The notes beneath the pieces were generated by a model that had not been told where the DNA came from, searched no databases, and saw nothing but the letters and a program-made list of their open reading frames with translations. Below, piece by piece: positions 1 through 11,019 of a stretch of DNA of 64,000 nt; the stretch's first letter is position 1; every line of letters begins with the position of its first letter. The translations under genes and the position numbers were made by a program. This DNA is from a virus: IMG/VR virus record IMGVR_UViG_3300035183_000460, positions 32,001 through 96,000 of that record; one strand, given 5' to 3'.

Positions 1-578
1 CTTTACCTCGTGATGGAACAGCTTATGATGGAACTGGTAATAAAACTGCAGAAACTAATTTACCATATGTTCCTGAAAATTATGATATAGTGTATCCCAA
101 AACAAATTCTATTGGTGAAGTTACTATTGGTGTAGGTGATATACCGTCAAAAATTAAAGTACAACCAACAATAGAAGCTCCACAATCATCAAATTCTTAT
201 GATAAATTATTTGATCCAAGAGCATTTGTAATTTTTCAGGATGCATCAAAAGAAGATCCTACATTACCTCCAAATATAAATAGAATATCTTTTACGTTAG
301 AAAATTCTGAGAGAGCAAGAACCGGAAATAATTTTTTTACGTCAGGCTTGGATTCTCAAGCAAATACTGGAACATTTTTACGTTCACATTTTAATCCAAG
401 AGATAATACTATTACATATTATTATTTAGACAACATTTCTAATAAATGGATTATTTCCAAGATTCCATATCAGCCAAAAGGTGATGTTGGTAATCTTTAT
501 AGTATTGTATTATCTAAAAATAAAGGAGCTGGAATGGTATTTCAGTGGTATCCATTTAACAGAAGAATATTATTTTAA
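1..578 (+). CDS. Hypothetical protein, 5' truncated by window edge
   Basis: Frame 3 is open from base 3 (LPRDGTAYDGTG...) through the track's GTG at 90 to TAA 578. Confidence 0.7.
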   Translation, partial: LPRDGTAYDGTGNKTAETNLPYVPENYDIVYPKTNSIGEVTIGVGDIPSKIKVQPTIEAPQSSNSYDKLFDPRAFVIFQDASKEDPTLPPNINRISFTLENSERARTGNNFFTSGLDSQANTGTFLRSHFNPRDNTITYYYLDNISNKWIISKIPYQPKGDVGNLYSIVLSKNKGAGMVFQWYPFNRRILF

Positions 579-642
579 TTAAAATATAATCTTGGATATA
601 TTATTGTTGTAATTTCTAAATTAAGTATAATAAGTATAGTTA

Positions 643-1428
643 ATGATAAATCATGATGAACAATTAAGATTGTCAGTGTCTAAAACTAAAACATTCTTGG
701 ATTGTCAGAAAAAATATTATTTTGCGTATGTTCTAAAATTACCTAGAAAAGAATTTTCTTTTCATACTTTTGGTAAATTTTGTCATAAAGTACTTGAGGA
801 TTTTCATTTAACATACATTAATGGTTCACAAGAACCTTATAATGAGGTTATGACACGTGTATTTAAATGCGCAATTCAGGAATATAAAAATAATATGACT
901 AAAGAGATGCGAAAGGAATGTTGGGATATTATAAATCAGTATTTAAAAATTGTATATAGTTGTAATATTGTAAAAAATGTAATTGCTTGTGAAAAAAATT
1001 TTGAATTAAATATTGAAAATAAAATTATTTTAAATGGTATGATTGACAGGATACAATTAGATGACGATAATACATTGCATGTATGTGATTATAAAACTAC
1101 AAAAAATAAATCATATATAAAGGATGATTTTTTTCAATTATTAACATATGCTTATGTATTAATGTGTGAAGATCCTACAATTACAAAAGTCAGGGCTTCT
1201 TATATCTTATTAAGACATAACTTTGAGTTTATTACTAAAGAATTTAATAAAGATGAAATACTATCAGTTAAAGATAAATATATAAAATACGCTGATACAA
1301 TATTATCAGAAATTGAATTTAAACCTAATCCAACTGTATTATGTAACTATTGTGATTTTTTAGAAAATTGTGATGCCGGTAAGGCTAAAACAAATAAATT
1401 GGACGTTTTCGGTGAGATAAATTGGTAA
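643..1428 (+). CDS. PD-(D/E)XK exonuclease, RecB/AddB/Cas4-like
   Basis: LSVSK..FLDCQKKY; E..F...GMIDRI; DYKT; Q..Y; C-terminal CxxC-x4-C Fe-S staple. Confidence 0.85.
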   Translation: MINHDEQLRLSVSKTKTFLDCQKKYYFAYVLKLPRKEFSFHTFGKFCHKVLEDFHLTYINGSQEPYNEVMTRVFKCAIQEYKNNMTKEMRKECWDIINQYLKIVYSCNIVKNVIACEKNFELNIENKIILNGMIDRIQLDDDNTLHVCDYKTTKNKSYIKDDFFQLLTYAYVLMCEDPTITKVRASYILLRHNFEFITKEFNKDEILSVKDKYIKYADTILSEIEFKPNPTVLCNYCDFLENCDAGKAKTNKLDVFGEINW

Positions 1429-1438
1429 AGGAAATAAC

Positions 1439-2683
1439 ATGCAAATAGAAGTTGATGAATTAGAATATTGTAAATTATCTGTAAATTATGAATCTTCTAC
1501 AGAAGAAATTGATAATAAACGAGAGGAAATTCTTTCAATTTTTAAGAAAGCGCCCGTACCTGGATTTAGACCAGGTAAGGCTAATATGGAAGCTATTAAA
1601 TTATATTATAAGTCTCAAATAAATGAATCCTTGAAAAGGGCGTTGGCAGAAGAAGCTTTTCATAATACTTTATTTGAAAAAAATATAAAGCCATTAGGAA
1701 GTCCAACATTTACTAATATGTTGTTAAAGGATGGCAAATTTATTTGTAATTTTATATTGAATGTTAAGCCAAAATTTGAATTGTTGCAGTATAAGGGGAT
1801 GGAAATTCCAAAACCACACTCTAAAACAATTAATGAAGTTGCTGAAGAAATGTTGCAACAACTTAGAATTAAGTTTGGAACTTCTTCTCCTTATGAAGAA
1901 GATGAATTTGTTATTGAAGGTGATAACATAATTATTAATTATACAGGATTTGTTGATGGAGAAAAATCAGATCAACTTTCTGCAGAAGGAGAATTACTAA
2001 CAGTAGGTTCTAGCGATTTAAAGGAATTTGATAGAAATTTATTAGGTATGAAATTAGGTGAAACTAGAAAATTTTCTATTTTAGTTCCTGAAAATAGTAT
2101 CCCCTCTTTAAGTGGTAAATCAGTTGATTTTGAAGTTACATTAGTTAATGGATCTAAAGTTTCTCCGTGTGCACTAGATGATGAATTAGCTAAAAAATTT
2201 AATAAATCAACTTTTGATGAACTTCATAAAAGTGTATTAGAAGCGGCATCTGTACGTGTAAATACTACTGTTAAAACACATATTTTATCTCAAATATCTA
2301 ATAAATTAATTTCTGAACATGATTTTAAGGTTCCAGATTGGTTGGTTTTATATGAAGCTAAATATTTAGCACAACAATCTAAATTGTCATGGGATTCTTT
2401 ATCGGATAAAGATAAAGAATATTATATGTCACACGCAACATCAAATGTCAAACTTTCTTTAATATTAGATGAAATTAGAGAAAAAGAGAGTGATGCACAA
2501 TTATCTGATCAAGAGGTTTTAGATATGATTAAAGATAATTTATCTAAAACAAATCCAGAAATTTCTACTGATGATGTTATAAAACAGATGTCAACTAACG
2601 GTTATTTACAAGTATTATTTATTAAGATTCGAGATGAATTTGTATTAGATTTTATAGCAAAACATGCTAAAATTATTGAATAA
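1439..2683 (+). CDS. tig: Trigger factor (ribosome-associated chaperone/PPIase)
   Basis: VPGFRPGKA ribosome-binding signature; FKBP-like middle (GD.III.YTG..DGE, LLGMKLGE, LSGKSVDFEVTL); helical C domain; 414 aa. Confidence 0.92.
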   Translation: MQIEVDELEYCKLSVNYESSTEEIDNKREEILSIFKKAPVPGFRPGKANMEAIKLYYKSQINESLKRALAEEAFHNTLFEKNIKPLGSPTFTNMLLKDGKFICNFILNVKPKFELLQYKGMEIPKPHSKTINEVAEEMLQQLRIKFGTSSPYEEDEFVIEGDNIIINYTGFVDGEKSDQLSAEGELLTVGSSDLKEFDRNLLGMKLGETRKFSILVPENSIPSLSGKSVDFEVTLVNGSKVSPCALDDELAKKFNKSTFDELHKSVLEAASVRVNTTVKTHILSQISNKLISEHDFKVPDWLVLYEAKYLAQQSKLSWDSLSDKDKEYYMSHATSNVKLSLILDEIREKESDAQLSDQEVLDMIKDNLSKTNPEISTDDVIKQMSTNGYLQVLFIKIRDEFVLDFIAKHAKIIE

Positions 2684-2697
2684 GGAGATAAATTGTT

Positions 2698-2988
2698 ATG
2701 TCAGATACACAATTTCCTGCAAAATGGCTTAAAAAATTGCCAATAGGTTTTGTAGATAATGTTGAGAGTATGTCAAATGAAGAAGTTAAAAAGATAATAT
2801 TAGAATCTGAAGCTAATATATACACTATAGAAAAAGAAAAAGAAAAAGATGTTAAACTAAATGGAGCAAAAGATTTAGTTAAAGAGTATTCTGCTTCATA
2901 TAATGAAGCTAAATCTACACAACAAGCTAAAATCAAATATTGTTTATTCTTGTTGGAAGGTAGAGGTATTGCATTAGACTCTAAATGA
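2698..2988 (+). CDS. Hypothetical coiled-coil protein
   Basis: SD aaggag upstream; tightly packed ORF. Confidence 0.7.
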   Translation: MSDTQFPAKWLKKLPIGFVDNVESMSNEEVKKIILESEANIYTIEKEKEKDVKLNGAKDLVKEYSASYNEAKSTQQAKIKYCLFLLEGRGIALDSK

Positions 2989-3278
2989 GTATAACAATCA
3001 TGAAAATAGATAGATTTATTACTAAGTCATGTTGTGGAAAAAGTTCAATTACATTAAAATTAGATAGACCAATTACAATTGATTTTTTAACATTGCTTGT
3101 AAGAAATGGTTTTTCTGAATTATCTAATTTTACTAAGTCTGGTATACTTTATGTTGAAAATGATTATATAATAGCTACAGGAGCTTTTGGTACAGATAAG
3201 TTACAAATTAGATGTAAAAAGTCAGATTGTCAAGAAAATATTAATAATTTTGAGGATATACTGAATAGTATAGTATGA
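2985..3278 (+). CDS. Hypothetical protein (CCG motif)
   Basis: ATGA overlap with upstream stop. Confidence 0.7.
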   Translation: MSITIMKIDRFITKSCCGKSSITLKLDRPITIDFLTLLVRNGFSELSNFTKSGILYVENDYIIATGAFGTDKLQIRCKKSDCQENINNFEDILNSIV

Positions 3279-3300
3279 CAAATTATTATATAGTGATTTT

Positions 3301-3936
3301 ATGAAGATACTTTCTAGAAATGATTCAATGATTTTTACATGTTATCATGAAGCTGGACATATAATTGTTGGATCATTGATGTTTTTTAACATAACTTATG
3401 TAATTATTAAAACTTCTAGAGAGGGTGATACAAATTATGAGACAATTGATGATAATATAATTGATAATTGTGAATTGTTATATTATCATAATATTGCTCA
3501 TATTAATATGTATTATGCTGGAATTATTTCAGATAGAATTTTGTATAAAGATATTACAGGTGCAAATATTTTACCGAGATCATTAGAAAGGTGTGCTAAT
3601 TATGATATGCAGAATGTTTCTTTATTATTAAAGAATAAAAAATTGGTTAAATCAGGAACATCAACAGAAAATTTTAAAAAGAAAATTATTAATTTATTAA
3701 ATAAATTAATGCTTAAATATTGGTCTGATATAAAATTAATTGCACATGCTCTATATAATAATAGAAAATTGTATCATTACGATATAAGAAATATTCTTAC
3801 TAAAAAAAGTGTTAATAAAAAATTTTGGAAACAACATTTTAAATACATAAATTTTTATGTTTATAAAAAGAAAAAACTTAATCCTAATGATATTAAATTT
3901 TTAATTAAAAAATATAAAAGCTATGTAAAATCTTAA
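3301..3936 (+). CDS. Stand-alone M41 (FtsH protease domain)-like metallopeptidase
   Basis: CYHEAGH (HExxH), later AG..S..I and 'IAHALY..RKL' as in M41 domains; no ATPase domain. Confidence 0.65.
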   Translation: MKILSRNDSMIFTCYHEAGHIIVGSLMFFNITYVIIKTSREGDTNYETIDDNIIDNCELLYYHNIAHINMYYAGIISDRILYKDITGANILPRSLERCANYDMQNVSLLLKNKKLVKSGTSTENFKKKIINLLNKLMLKYWSDIKLIAHALYNNRKLYHYDIRNILTKKSVNKKFWKQHFKYINFYVYKKKKLNPNDIKFLIKKYKSYVKS

Positions 3937-4444
3937 ATATTTAAGTATTTATGATATTTTTTACGATAAAATGCCACGTTTTTATTTTTATGATTCATCA
4001 TGCAAATACCAAAATATTGTTTATTCTTTAACTTTTAAAGTAGTTAAATAAATGTATTAATTTAATTAAATATTTTTGAAATATGATACATTTATCATTT
4101 TCTTTCAGTTAAATATTATTTATACCATGATGGTATGTAATAGTACATAATAAGTTATGAGGTCAACAATAAATATAAAAATTAAAATGTTATCTGCATT
4201 TTAATATTATTTATCAACTTACTCTATATACAAATCATAATGTATACAATTGTTGATATATTGAAATGACTAACAAACGTGGATTACATAGTGTATGTGA
4301 TAATTGTGTATACGAAAATGGTATAGCAAATATAGTTAATAATATACTCAACATAAATCAATTACATTGTATCGTAATTCATTATCATTATAAGTAATCA
4401 TAAATGGTACTTTTGATAATTGAAAAATATGAACAGGAATATCT

Positions 4445-7400
4445 ATGTCTATAGAATTTGTTAATTTACATAATCATACACATTTTTCTATTTTAGATTC
4501 TTTAATTTCTCCTAAAGATTTATTTGAACGTGTCAAAGAGTTAAGACAAACTGCAGTAGCGATAACAGATCATGGCACTTTATCTGGTATCTGGGATGCC
4601 TATAAAGAATATAAAAATACTGGTGTTAAATTAATTGTTGGTTGTGAATTTTATTTCGTAGATTCTGTTCTTAATAAAGAAGAAAAGTTTCGTCATGTAG
4701 TGTTGCTAGCCAAAAATGCAGTTGGATATAGAAATATTCTAACTCTAAATAGACGTGGTTTTGATAATTATACTTTGCATGGCAACAGAGTTTATTCTTT
4801 AATTGATTGGGAATTATTAGAAAAACATTCAGATGGAATTATTTGTTTAACATCTTGTGGTAACGGCATTATAGGACAACTTTTAACAAATTCAAGATTT
4901 GAAGAAGCAGAGTCTGCTGTACTTAGATTGAAATCTATCTTTAATGAAGATCTTGGTTTAGAAATACAAGCAAATAATATGTCTAGAGCATCTAGTATAT
5001 ATAATGATAAAGTTGAACAAAATTTTATTAATCGTCGTATAATTAAGTTAGGTCAAAAACATAATATAAGAATTGTTCCTACAACAAATTCTCATTACTT
5101 AAAGAAAGAAGATGCGGATATTCATGATGTACTTCTATCTATTGGTGCACATCAATCAATTTATTCTAATTTTAGATTAAAATATCCTGTAAAAGATTTT
5201 TATGTTAAAAGTGGTCAAGAAGTATTTGATTTCTTTGCTAGGATTTTTGATGAATCTAAAGCAGCAGAATGGTGTGCAAATACTATTTATTTTGCTAATA
5301 AATGTGAGAACCCAGATTGGGTAGATCCAAAATATTCTAATCCTTCTGGTAAGGAATTACCAGAATTTCCAGTTAAATTAGAAGATGATTACCAAGATTT
5401 CTTAAATTGGCTTAATTTACAGGGTAATGATGTTAAAGCTCTTGAAGAGGACAAACAATATTTACGATATAAATGTTTTAAGGTTTTTGATAAAAAAGTG
5501 CCAATAGATAAAATAGATATTTATAAAGCCAGATTGAATGAGGAATTAGATGTAATTGAGTATCACGGTTTTTCTAGTTATATGTTAATTGTTGCAGATT
5601 ATATAAATTGGGCGCGTAAAAATAATATTTCTGTTGGCGAAGGTCGCGGTTCTGTTGGCGGCTCATTAATTGCATATTTATTAGATATTCACAGGGCTGA
5701 TCCTATAAAATATAATTTGATTTTTGCCAGGTTCCATAATAAAGAGAAATCTTCTTTTCCAGATATTGACACTGATTTTGCTCCTTCTGGAAGAGAAAAA
5801 GTTCAAAACTATATTAGAAATAAATATGGCGAAGATCATGTGGCTCACGTATCAAATTTTAATACAATTACTCCAAAAGTATATGTTAGAGATATTTGTA
5901 GATCATGTGAATTGGGTGGAAATAAAGAAACTGCAATTAAATTAGGTAATGATATTGCAGATTGCATACCAGCTAAAGATATTCATTCTATACATGATGC
6001 TTTAGAAAAGGTTCCATTGTTTTCAGAATATGCTAACAAATATCCTGAATTAAAAAAATATGCAGAAATAAATGGAAAATATCGTGCATGGTCTACCCAT
6101 GCTGGAGGTATTATTATTTCTAAAAGACCATTAACTGGATTAGTTCCACTTAGAAAAGATAAAGATGGAATAATTGCAATAGAATATGACAAAGAACGTG
6201 CTGAAGAAAATGGTCTTATTAAGATGGATACTTTAGGCTTATCAACACTCGATATTATAGATACAACATATAAATTAATAAAATCGGCTGGAAAAGAATT
6301 GCCACCAGATCCATTAAATTATGATGAATATGACAAAAAAACATACGATTTAATTTCTAAAGGCGATACATTTTGTGTATTTCAATTAGGAACTAGTGCA
6401 GGTACTATTGAATTGTGTAAGCAAATAAAACCAAAATCTATTGAGGATATTAGCCATATTAATTCATTGGCTCGTCCCTCAGCTAAGGATATTAGAAATT
6501 TATTTATTCAAACTAAAAATGGTAAAAGGTCTTATTCTTTATTACACCCATCGTTAAATAGAGCTTTTGGAAGTACTTTTGGTTTTGGTTTGTATGAAGA
6601 ATCTCTTATGTATTTAGCACAAGATGTAGCGGGCTGGAGTCTTAATGATGCAGATCGTTTAAGAAAATTAACTAAGGAAAAAGGTAAAAATGCAAAAAAA
6701 GTGAAACAATGGCGTGAAGAATTTATTTCTGATGCAGTCACTAAGAATAATATTAATGAAGAAATCGCTAGAAAAATTTGGGATGATGTAATAGATAAGT
6801 TCCAAGGTTATGGATTTAATATGAGTCACTCTATTCTTTATTCTATGTTATCATATAAAACAGCTTATTTGAAAGCACATTATCCTATTGAATTTTTATT
6901 AGCAAATTTAATGTCTGAACTAAATTCTAATAGCCCAGATGCTTCTAAAAATATTTCTAAAATTAAACAAGAATTACGTGATAGAAATGTTAAAATTATT
7001 CCGCCAGATATCAATAAATCACAGCTAACATATTCATTAGTTGAAAATAATGTATTGATTACTGGATTAGATGCTCTTAAATTTGTAAGCAAAGATGCAA
7101 TTGAGGATATTATCTCTAAGAGACCATTTACAAGTTTTTATGATTTTATGAAAAGAGTTGATTCTAGTAAAGTTAGATCAAATACAATACAAGCACTAAT
7201 TTCTAGTGGGTGCCTGGATTCGTTTAACATTCCTAGAAAATTAATGTTTCTATATTGTTCTGATTATAGAAAGAAACTTACTAGTTGGCTTAAAAAGCAT
7301 GATCCTGAACGAGAACAATTTGTATATCCATGGACTAATGAAGATGAATGGACAAAGCCAGAATTATATGCTTTAGAAAAATTCTACATTGGTGAATCTT

Positions 7401-7975
7401 TTAGTTGTTCAATTAGAGAAGCTTATGGTGATTTTTTCAATGATAGAAACAATAAATGTGAACTTATTTCAAATATTAAAAAAATGCAAGATAAAGATAA
7501 GATTAAGCAATGTAAAGCAATAATTAAAAGTTTTTTTGAATTTAAAATTAAAAAAGTAGATAGTAAATATTATGGTCAATCTATGATTAAAGCTGAAATA
7601 GAAGATATCTGTGGTGACAGATGCACTTTAACTATCTTCCCAGATCGTTGGGAAAAAGAAGTTTTGCCTGTGCTTAAAAGAAAATGTGGTAAATTATCTT
7701 CCCTTGATGAAGGGATTGGATTATTTTTCTCTGGAACTGTAAATATTTATGAAGGAGATGTTGGTATAGTATTAGATAATTTATATGATTGTGTTTCAGC
7801 TCCAAAATTACCTTCTGACTTGAAGGCAAGAAAAGTCTTATTAAAAGATATTAAATATAAAATAGATACACCTATTACATCTATCAATATAACTTCAGAC
7901 GAGATATTTGAAGACATTGAAGATTCATTATTTGATGCTGGACTTATTGATCTAGATAGAATTGATGATTGTTGA
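4445..7975 (+). CDS. dnaE: DNA polymerase III alpha subunit
   Basis: PHP motifs LHNHTHFSILD and AITDHG; GRGSVGGSL; catalytic PDIDTD; STHAGG; KMDTLGL; YGFNMSHS; C-terminal OB fold. Confidence 0.97.
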   Translation: MSIEFVNLHNHTHFSILDSLISPKDLFERVKELRQTAVAITDHGTLSGIWDAYKEYKNTGVKLIVGCEFYFVDSVLNKEEKFRHVVLLAKNAVGYRNILTLNRRGFDNYTLHGNRVYSLIDWELLEKHSDGIICLTSCGNGIIGQLLTNSRFEEAESAVLRLKSIFNEDLGLEIQANNMSRASSIYNDKVEQNFINRRIIKLGQKHNIRIVPTTNSHYLKKEDADIHDVLLSIGAHQSIYSNFRLKYPVKDFYVKSGQEVFDFFARIFDESKAAEWCANTIYFANKCENPDWVDPKYSNPSGKELPEFPVKLEDDYQDFLNWLNLQGNDVKALEEDKQYLRYKCFKVFDKKVPIDKIDIYKARLNEELDVIEYHGFSSYMLIVADYINWARKNNISVGEGRGSVGGSLIAYLLDIHRADPIKYNLIFARFHNKEKSSFPDIDTDFAPSGREKVQNYIRNKYGEDHVAHVSNFNTITPKVYVRDICRSCELGGNKETAIKLGNDIADCIPAKDIHSIHDALEKVPLFSEYANKYPELKKYAEINGKYRAWSTHAGGIIISKRPLTGLVPLRKDKDGIIAIEYDKERAEENGLIKMDTLGLSTLDIIDTTYKLIKSAGKELPPDPLNYDEYDKKTYDLISKGDTFCVFQLGTSAGTIELCKQIKPKSIEDISHINSLARPSAKDIRNLFIQTKNGKRSYSLLHPSLNRAFGSTFGFGLYEESLMYLAQDVAGWSLNDADRLRKLTKEKGKNAKKVKQWREEFISDAVTKNNINEEIARKIWDDVIDKFQGYGFNMSHSILYSMLSYKTAYLKAHYPIEFLLANLMSELNSNSPDASKNISKIKQELRDRNVKIIPPDINKSQLTYSLVENNVLITGLDALKFVSKDAIEDIISKRPFTSFYDFMKRVDSSKVRSNTIQALISSGCLDSFNIPRKLMFLYCSDYRKKLTSWLKKHDPEREQFVYPWTNEDEWTKPELYALEKFYIGESFSCSIREAYGDFFNDRNNKCELISNIKKMQDKDKIKQCKAIIKSFFEFKIKKVDSKYYGQSMIKAEIEDICGDRCTLTIFPDRWEKEVLPVLKRKCGKLSSLDEGIGLFFSGTVNIYEGDVGIVLDNLYDCVSAPKLPSDLKARKVLLKDIKYKIDTPITSINITSDEIFEDIEDSLFDAGLIDLDRIDDC

Positions 7976-8012
7976 TCTTAAATATATTTCTTAATAATTT
8001 ATTGTGCTTTAT

Positions 8013-8219
8013 GATCTTATGCCAAGAAAACCACCAGCCTTGTGCTGGTGTATGAATTGGCGATCGTTGTTAGTATTATTGTTGATCTTCAATATACTTC
8101 TTGACCGTCTCTTCCGAAACATGTACAACTACACCATAGTAGGTGCTTCTTGACCACAATACACTACCACATAATTTCTTTGCTTTTAGTTTTGGAAAGA
8201 TAGTGAATAGATAAATGCT
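8013..8219 (-). mobile_element. IS200/IS605-family remnant: left end plus 3' part of tnpA
   Basis: TTTAT (8008-8012) then end with hairpin caccagc-cttgt-gctggtg inside outer stem gccaa...ttggc; tnpA fragment points into this end. Confidence 0.85.
8076..8219 (-). pseudogene. tnpA: Y1 HUH transposase C-terminal fragment
   Basis: Minus strand reads SIYLFTIFPKLKAKKLCGSVLWSRSTYYGVVVHVSEETVKKYIEDQQ*, with LWS.S.Y and catalytic Y-x3-Q motifs; N-terminal half missing. Confidence 0.88.
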
Positions 8220-8508
8220 GTATTGATATATAACCAGACATAGACATAAATGCAGAGAACGATAAACGTAAAAATTGATGTTGTTAGTATAGTTATACTA
8301 ACGCTAATAAATAATTATATAACGTATTAAGTATTAAATACTTAAATATGCTTTCTTATATTATTCAGTCTATTATAGATGTATCTTTAGAGAGTGTTAA
8401 AGCCTTTAAGTTAAAATTTAGAATTGTTTAATATGAAAACTTTATCACTTGCGTTATGATAAGAGAACAATTATTTTGATAGATGAATTAAAATAAAAGG
8501 AAATTAAT

Positions 8509-9273
8509 ATGAAATGTATGTCATGCCAATCAGATGTAAATCCTAAATGGAAATATGCTATAGATACCAATTTGTGTCCATGTTGTGGAAAAATTATTAT
8601 GCAGGAAGAAATTAAGAAATTATTAACTACATTGTCAGATAGTATAGAGGGATTATTAAAATATCCAGAATATTTAAATGATTGGTTATTTTTAAGATTT
8701 AATTTTGTTCCTGCATATAAAATTCAAATTCTTGAAAAACAAGTAGAGGAATTGAAATTAAAATTATCTGAAAATAGAATAACTGATAAAGATTGTATAG
8801 AATCAGTAGATAAAATAAATAATGAAGTTAATGAAGTTAATGAAGTTAATGAAGACTCTATAGATTCGGTAGATAAAAAGGAAGTTAATGAATCAACTTT
8901 AATTTCGGTGCAAAATGAAAAAATAACAAATGAATTCTTTAAACGTTCAAATGCTGATAAAATAGTTAAAAATTCTAAAAATATAAAAGATTTAGTATCA
9001 CGAATTAAAAATTCAAGTATTCAAGATACTATGGAAAATTCTTCAAATATTACAGAATATATTGAGCCTGAAATTACTTCATCTTTGGATACATCAGATG
9101 ATTTAGATCATATACCAGATTCAGTATTAGCATTTGCAAATGATGCAAAAGATTTTGTATCAAGCGGATACAACAAAAAAGATTTAGATAAGTTGCGAGA
9201 ATTGCAAGAAAAATCTAGAGGCGCACGTCAAAGAATGTTGTCAGGTGCAAATAAAGGAGGATTTTCGAGGTAA
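8509..9273 (+). CDS. Hypothetical protein with N-terminal Zn ribbon
   Basis: CMSC...CPCCG; SD aaagga; NEV tandem repeat. Confidence 0.75.
   Translation: MKCMSCQSDVNPKWKYAIDTNLCPCCGKIIMQEEIKKLLTTLSDSIEGLLKYPEYLNDWLFLRFNFVPAYKIQILEKQVEELKLKLSENRITDKDCIESVDKINNEVNEVNEVNEDSIDSVDKKEVNESTLISVQNEKITNEFFKRSNADKIVKNSKNIKDLVSRIKNSSIQDTMENSSNITEYIEPEITSSLDTSDDLDHIPDSVLAFANDAKDFVSSGYNKKDLDKLRELQEKSRGARQRMLSGANKGGFSR
8821..8853 (+). repeat. 9-bp coding tandem repeat (aatgaagtt x3+)
   Basis: Directly visible; encodes NEVNEVNEVNE. Confidence 0.85.
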
Positions 9274-9275
9274 AT

Positions 9276-9575
9276 ATGGCATTTAGAATTATTGATAATA
9301 AAAAAGTTGAAATGACCAATGATGAATGGATAATGTATGAGAATATTTGTAAATCATATGATGATGTTAATTTTAAAGGATCTGAATTATTTACTGGTTT
9401 ATTTGAAGTAGATGATAATGGAATTATAGTGTTTTTGAGACCGCCATCTACTAGAAAAACTAGTTTTGAAGTATTTTTGTTTCTTATGGCTTTGATGCAG
9501 AATCAACATTTAAGATTGATGCATAAACAAGTTGATGAATTATGTGCTGAAATTAGAAATAAAATTAAGGAATAG
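9276..9575 (+). CDS. Hypothetical protein
   Basis: SD gaggt; operon-packed. Confidence 0.75.
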   Translation: MAFRIIDNKKVEMTNDEWIMYENICKSYDDVNFKGSELFTGLFEVDDNGIIVFLRPPSTRKTSFEVFLFLMALMQNQHLRLMHKQVDELCAEIRNKIKE

Positions 9576-9577
9576 TT

Positions 9578-10000
9578 ATGATTGATTATTCAGATATTGA
9601 AGATCTTATTGGCGAATGCTTTGAACAGATGCAATCTGCTAGTAGAGAAAAATATGATTCTGAAAAGGCTGACAAAACAGCTGCATTATTCTTAATGGCA
9701 GAATTAAAGGTATCTCTATTAATTGAAGATATAGAGATGAAATCACGTGGAGCTAAAAACGAAATATCAAGAATTGAAGGTGAAAAATATTTTGAATATA
9801 AGACAAAAAATACGGATAAAAAAATAACTGAAAATATGATGTCTAGTTACTTATCAAAAGACGCTGATATAATATCAGCTAAAGCTGAATACGCAAAACA
9901 TGAATCTAATCTTAAAAAATGGAATTATATTTTAGACGTTTTAAAAGATGGTCATATATATTTTAGAAATATAGGAAAAAACAAAGTTTGGTCAGAATAA
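9578..10000 (+). CDS. Putative recombination mediator (UvsY-like)
   Basis: 140-aa helical protein directly upstream of RecA; 'KITENMMSSYLSKDADI' resembles the UvsY core. Confidence 0.45.
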   Translation: MIDYSDIEDLIGECFEQMQSASREKYDSEKADKTAALFLMAELKVSLLIEDIEMKSRGAKNEISRIEGEKYFEYKTKNTDKKITENMMSSYLSKDADIISAKAEYAKHESNLKKWNYILDVLKDGHIYFRNIGKNKVWSE

Positions 10001-10012
10001 AATAGAGGAAAT

Positions 10013-11008
10013 ATGACAGCAGAAGTTCAAAAAACAGATAAACATTCAAAACATATGGTTGCAGGTATAGATATCAATAAATTAGTTAAAAAAGCTCAAG
10101 AATCTTATAGTAAAAAAGAATCAGGCTTAGCTAAACAGCTGGTTACAGGAAAAACTATAGTTAGACCTAGTGATGATAAAGATTATATTGTGTGGACCAA
10201 TGGTAGTCATTGGTTTGAATTAACTCATTTAAAAGGATTACCATTTGGACGAATTATTCAAATTTCAGGTAAGCCTGATAGTGGTAAAAGTACGCATGCT
10301 ATGGCGTTCATGAAATTTGCTCAAGATCAGGGAGTATTAGTAATTCTTTGGGATAGTGAAAAAAAATTCTCTGCCAAGAGGTTTGATAATAAAATTGGCG
10401 GATGTTCCGATAATCTATTAATTGTAGATACTAATAACATTCTTAATGGCGCAAAAGCAGTTGCTCATTATGTCAATGCAGCAAAGGAAATGAACCCTGA
10501 TGTTAAAATACTTATTGTATGGGATTCTGTTGGCGCCAGTTTAAATTCAACCGAAGATCAGGATGATAGTGAAGATTATTCAAAACAACCTGGTGTAACA
10601 GCAAAAGAAAATGCTTATGCTATTAGAAAGTTTAACAAACTTGCCAATAAATATATGAATAGACAAACAGGTGAGGAAACTATTGCTACATTGATTATTA
10701 ATCAAACATATGCTAACCTTGGTTCAGTTGGTCAAACTGAGAAGGGTGGAGGAGAAATTTATTATCTTTCAAGTGTAATTATTCAATTATCAAGAAAACA
10801 AGACTTAGTGCGTACTAAAAATGGTGAAAAATATAAGTATGGTATTGTAACAAGAGCAAAAGTAAAAAAGAATCATTTGTTTGATGGTGACGAATGTATT
10901 TCTGAAATGGACTTAGTAGTTTCTGCAGAAGGTATCTTTTTAGCAAAAGATATTAAAAATTTTGATGATATTAAAGGCTGGAATGGCGAAGAAGATTTAG
11001 AAGAATAG
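10013..11008 (+). CDS. recA: RecA/UvsX-like recombinase
   Basis: GLPFGRIIQISGKPDSGKST Walker A; DSE; IVWDSV Walker B; IINQ; GG..IYY; KVKKN. Confidence 0.9.
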   Translation: MTAEVQKTDKHSKHMVAGIDINKLVKKAQESYSKKESGLAKQLVTGKTIVRPSDDKDYIVWTNGSHWFELTHLKGLPFGRIIQISGKPDSGKSTHAMAFMKFAQDQGVLVILWDSEKKFSAKRFDNKIGGCSDNLLIVDTNNILNGAKAVAHYVNAAKEMNPDVKILIVWDSVGASLNSTEDQDDSEDYSKQPGVTAKENAYAIRKFNKLANKYMNRQTGEETIATLIINQTYANLGSVGQTEKGGGEIYYLSSVIIQLSRKQDLVRTKNGEKYKYGIVTRAKVKKNHLFDGDECISEMDLVVSAEGIFLAKDIKNFDDIKGWNGEEDLEE

Positions 11009-11019
11009 TTGGAGATGTT

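Noticed and set aside
643-1428. Cas4 as part of a CRISPR-Cas system
   Set aside because: No other cas genes or arrays in the window; solo RecB/Cas4-like nucleases are common in phages
3937-4444. ncRNA or tRNA in long intergenic gaps (also 16693-17035, 28233-28539, 30298-30551)
   Set aside because: Extremely AT-rich with no cloverleaf or stable stems visible; a covariance-model search would be needed
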